Of a stretch of 64,000 nucleotides of DNA, positions 61,767-64,000 are shown piece after piece. Within the stretch, counting starts at the first letter, position 1. Each line of letters opens with the position of its first letter. Below the pieces are notes generated by a model that saw nothing but the letters and a program-made list of their open reading frames with translations, ran no database searches and was not told where the DNA came from. This DNA is from Massalongia carnosa (taxonomy: Eukaryota): assembly GCA_965645245.1 (NCBI GenBank), contig OZ287076.1:682001-746000 (forward strand), written 5' to 3'. A program made the position numbers and the translations under genes.

Positions 61767-63023
61767 ATGAAATTCTCTAAAGCATCATCTTATCAAGCTT
61801 CTGAAATGCCTCGATACAGCAACAAGCTTCTTTTACAAAGAGATCTGTACCACCTTTTCTTAGCCAGTAGTACTCTTGCCACCTCTTCCAATGAGGCCGA
61901 TGACGCTTTGGAATACCTCATTCTTTCTGAAGGATTAAAGGATCAGAGATATCTTTTTTCCAGATCTTCCATTCTCAAGTCCAATTGGGCCGTTCGAGTC
62001 CTTCCCACTCTTTCAGATGATCGATATCGAGGCTATTTACGAATGAGTCGTATCTCCGTTCAACGAATAGTTGATTTAATTCGATCCGATTCGGTCTTCC
62101 AAAACAATTCCAATATTCAACAGGCACCGGTCGAAAGTCAACTTCAATGTGCCTTATACAAGCTTGGTCATGATGGTAGCGGAAGCGGGTTTCTTTCAAC
62201 TGCCACCTTTTGGGGAGTATCCGAGGGACACGTTTTCGATTGTACCAAGCGAGTGGTGGAGGCCTTATGTCGGTTGAGGAATAGCTTCATCAAATGGCCA
62301 ACTGCAAGAGCTAGGACAAGAGAAAGCTTAGCCAATGATACTCGAGAATCAGGATTTATCGGAGTAGTAGGAAAGGTGGATGGGACGGATATAGTGCTCA
62401 GTACCAAACCTGGAGGTCGTTATGACGGCGAATTATTCTTTAATCGAAAGAAAAGATACGCCCTGGATTTATGTGCCGTATGCGATTCCGACAAAAGATT
62501 CATTTACTTCCTCAGTGGTTGGCCAAACTCTCAGCACGATCAGAGAATCTTCGCGGCGGGAGATTTGAATAGAAATCCTCATCTTTACTTCTCGGAAGGG
62601 CAGTATCTTCTCGGCGACAGTGCCTACACCAATTCTCGCTATTTGGTGACTCCATACAAGGCCCCTCATACCAGAGATGCGAATGTTCGAAAGTTCAATA
62701 GAAGACTGTCTCGAATTCGTATTGACATCGAGCACACCTTTGGAATTTTGAAAGGAAGATGGAAAAGTTTAACCGGGCTGAGACTTCGAATTAGAAACAA
62801 AAAAGGTTACATCTACGCCATTCGTTGGATTACTGCATGTGTAGTACTGCATAACGTTTTGTTGGACATGCATGATGAATGGGAAGAAGAAGAAGGATGG
62901 TGGACATCAGAAGAGGAGGCTCATGATGAAGAATTAAAACATTTGGCTACAAGGCAAATGATGGAGGGCATTTTGAAAAGGGAACAGGTAAAAGATCTAG
63001 TTCTCAATGATATTGGCAGATGA
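61767..63023 (+). CDS. PIF/Harbinger transposase (HARBI1/DDE_Tnp_4-like), intact ORF
   Basis: YLRMSR, PVESQLQCALYKLG, FIKWP, VVGKVDGTDI (D), GWPNSQHDQRIF, YLLGDSAY (D), RIDIEHTFGILKGRWKSL (E), ACVVLHN. Confidence 0.93.
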   Translation: MKFSKASSYQASEMPRYSNKLLLQRDLYHLFLASSTLATSSNEADDALEYLILSEGLKDQRYLFSRSSILKSNWAVRVLPTLSDDRYRGYLRMSRISVQRIVDLIRSDSVFQNNSNIQQAPVESQLQCALYKLGHDGSGSGFLSTATFWGVSEGHVFDCTKRVVEALCRLRNSFIKWPTARARTRESLANDTRESGFIGVVGKVDGTDIVLSTKPGGRYDGELFFNRKKRYALDLCAVCDSDKRFIYFLSGWPNSQHDQRIFAAGDLNRNPHLYFSEGQYLLGDSAYTNSRYLVTPYKAPHTRDANVRKFNRRLSRIRIDIEHTFGILKGRWKSLTGLRLRIRNKKGYIYAIRWITACVVLHNVLLDMHDEWEEEEGWWTSEEEAHDEELKHLATRQMMEGILKREQVKDLVLNDIGR

Positions 63024-63072
63024 CTATTAAGCAAGATGCATCTCATCTTTGAGACATCAATGAAATAAAATC

Positions 63073-63999
63073 TTATCTCTGGGACGTCTTCTCCAGCTCG
63101 ATTTGTAGTCGTCGCATGGTCTCCTCATGTTGCATTTTAGCCATGATAATGGATTCTTCATGCTTCAAAATAATCTCCTGATGATGCTGATCTCGTTGCT
63201 TGATTTCTAGATCATTATTCCTTTGCAGTCTAGCTTGATCAATCTCGAAATCTTTAGATTTCATGAGTTGAACCTCTATCATTGCATCACCCACGGACTT
63301 GTTTTTAGATCTTTGCTTACTTAGCTTGGGACGAGACGTCTCGCTGTCGCTGTCCACATTCCAGGGACGTTTAGTGGATGATCCCATCTTCTTGTTAAGG
63401 GTAGAAGGTTTTAAATGTTTAACCGTCTTCTTCTTCATCGGACCTTCTTTCAACAAATCCGTTTCGGATTGATTATCTTCATCTGTAGTCTTATCCTTAA
63501 GATCAATCTCGAAGTTATCATCTTCTGAATCATCGTTCAGTTCTTTTCCGCCTGTCATCAATTCTGTAGTAACATCAGGCTGAGTGGACTCTATGAGAAA
63601 TGGAGGGGTAATAGTAGGTAGATCCCCCATGATCTCTTCAAATTCATAGTACCATGCGCATTTCTTCAAGATAACCTCCTTGATTGTCTCCCCGCGAGTG
63701 TTGTCGGCGACAACATCATGATTGGTAGGATCCACTCCCCATCCAGTTGTATCGGCCAGACTCCGCGTCTCTTTGAAAGTCTTTATCATCTGACCGATTT
63801 TGTCCCTCGTCTTTTCCTTTGAGATGTCCGGTCGTTGCAGTCCCAATCCACTTTCTTCCAACAAACGTCTGGATGCCTCCACTTTATTACTCTTTTGATA
63901 GGTGTTTAGATGAGTAAGGACTCCATCGCCATCTCGAAAGCAAAGCCATTGAACAATCTGCTGAATGTCTTCATCTTTCCATCTGATGTTGGGAGCCTG
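63073..63999 (-). CDS. Myb/SANT-like accessory DNA-binding protein of the Harbinger element, 5' end outside the window
   Basis: Frame is open to the window edge: NIRWKDEDIQQIVQWL..DKIGQMIKTFKET..TGWG..ILKKCAWYYEFEEIMG, then acidic/basic linker and coiled coil; convergent with the transposase across a 49-bp gap. Confidence 0.85.
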   Translation of the reverse strand, partial: QAPNIRWKDEDIQQIVQWLCFRDGDGVLTHLNTYQKSNKVEASRRLLEESGLGLQRPDISKEKTRDKIGQMIKTFKETRSLADTTGWGVDPTNHDVVADNTRGETIKEVILKKCAWYYEFEEIMGDLPTITPPFLIESTQPDVTTELMTGGKELNDDSEDDNFEIDLKDKTTDEDNQSETDLLKEGPMKKKTVKHLKPSTLNKKMGSSTKRPWNVDSDSETSRPKLSKQRSKNKSVGDAMIEVQLMKSKDFEIDQARLQRNNDLEIKQRDQHHQEIILKHEESIIMAKMQHEETMRRLQIELEKTSQR

Positions 64000-64000
64000 G

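Overview
Eukaryotic DNA from a filamentous ascomycete (Pezizomycotina). This is inferred from short GT..AG introns with CTRAC/CTAAT branch sites and from the gene content; a lichen-forming lineage is possible but cannot be shown here. Conserved genes (CLU1, HUT1, a DUF2985 protein, a P-loop ATPase, a membrane protein, SEN15, TOP3, a DUF1295 protein, an AFG3-like m-AAA protease, an AtrR-like Zn2Cys6 factor, PAM18, RLP24, a C2H2 factor) alternate with two accessory islands. Island 1 (~7.4-24 kb) holds decayed ORFs, several tiny hairpin elements, a caspase-fold gene with one in-frame stop, a complete hAT transposon (11-bp TIR, 8-bp TSD), a 4-exon secreted protein with an atypical hydrophobin-like 8-Cys pattern, and a 50-bp LINE 3' end with a 13-bp TSD. 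Island 2 (~55.9-64 kb) holds a 5'-truncated Tad1-like LINE, a MITE, a frameshifted DUF3990/ADP-ribosyltransferase-like gene, a Tc1/IS630-like element that appears to carry a second convergent gene, and a two-gene PIF/Harbinger element running off the window end. A HET-domain pseudogene lies between the DUF1295 and AFG3 genes. Lesions in the decayed sequences repeatedly look like C-to-T changes in CpC context rather than canonical CpA RIP. All protein names come from motif recognition by eye; no searches were run.
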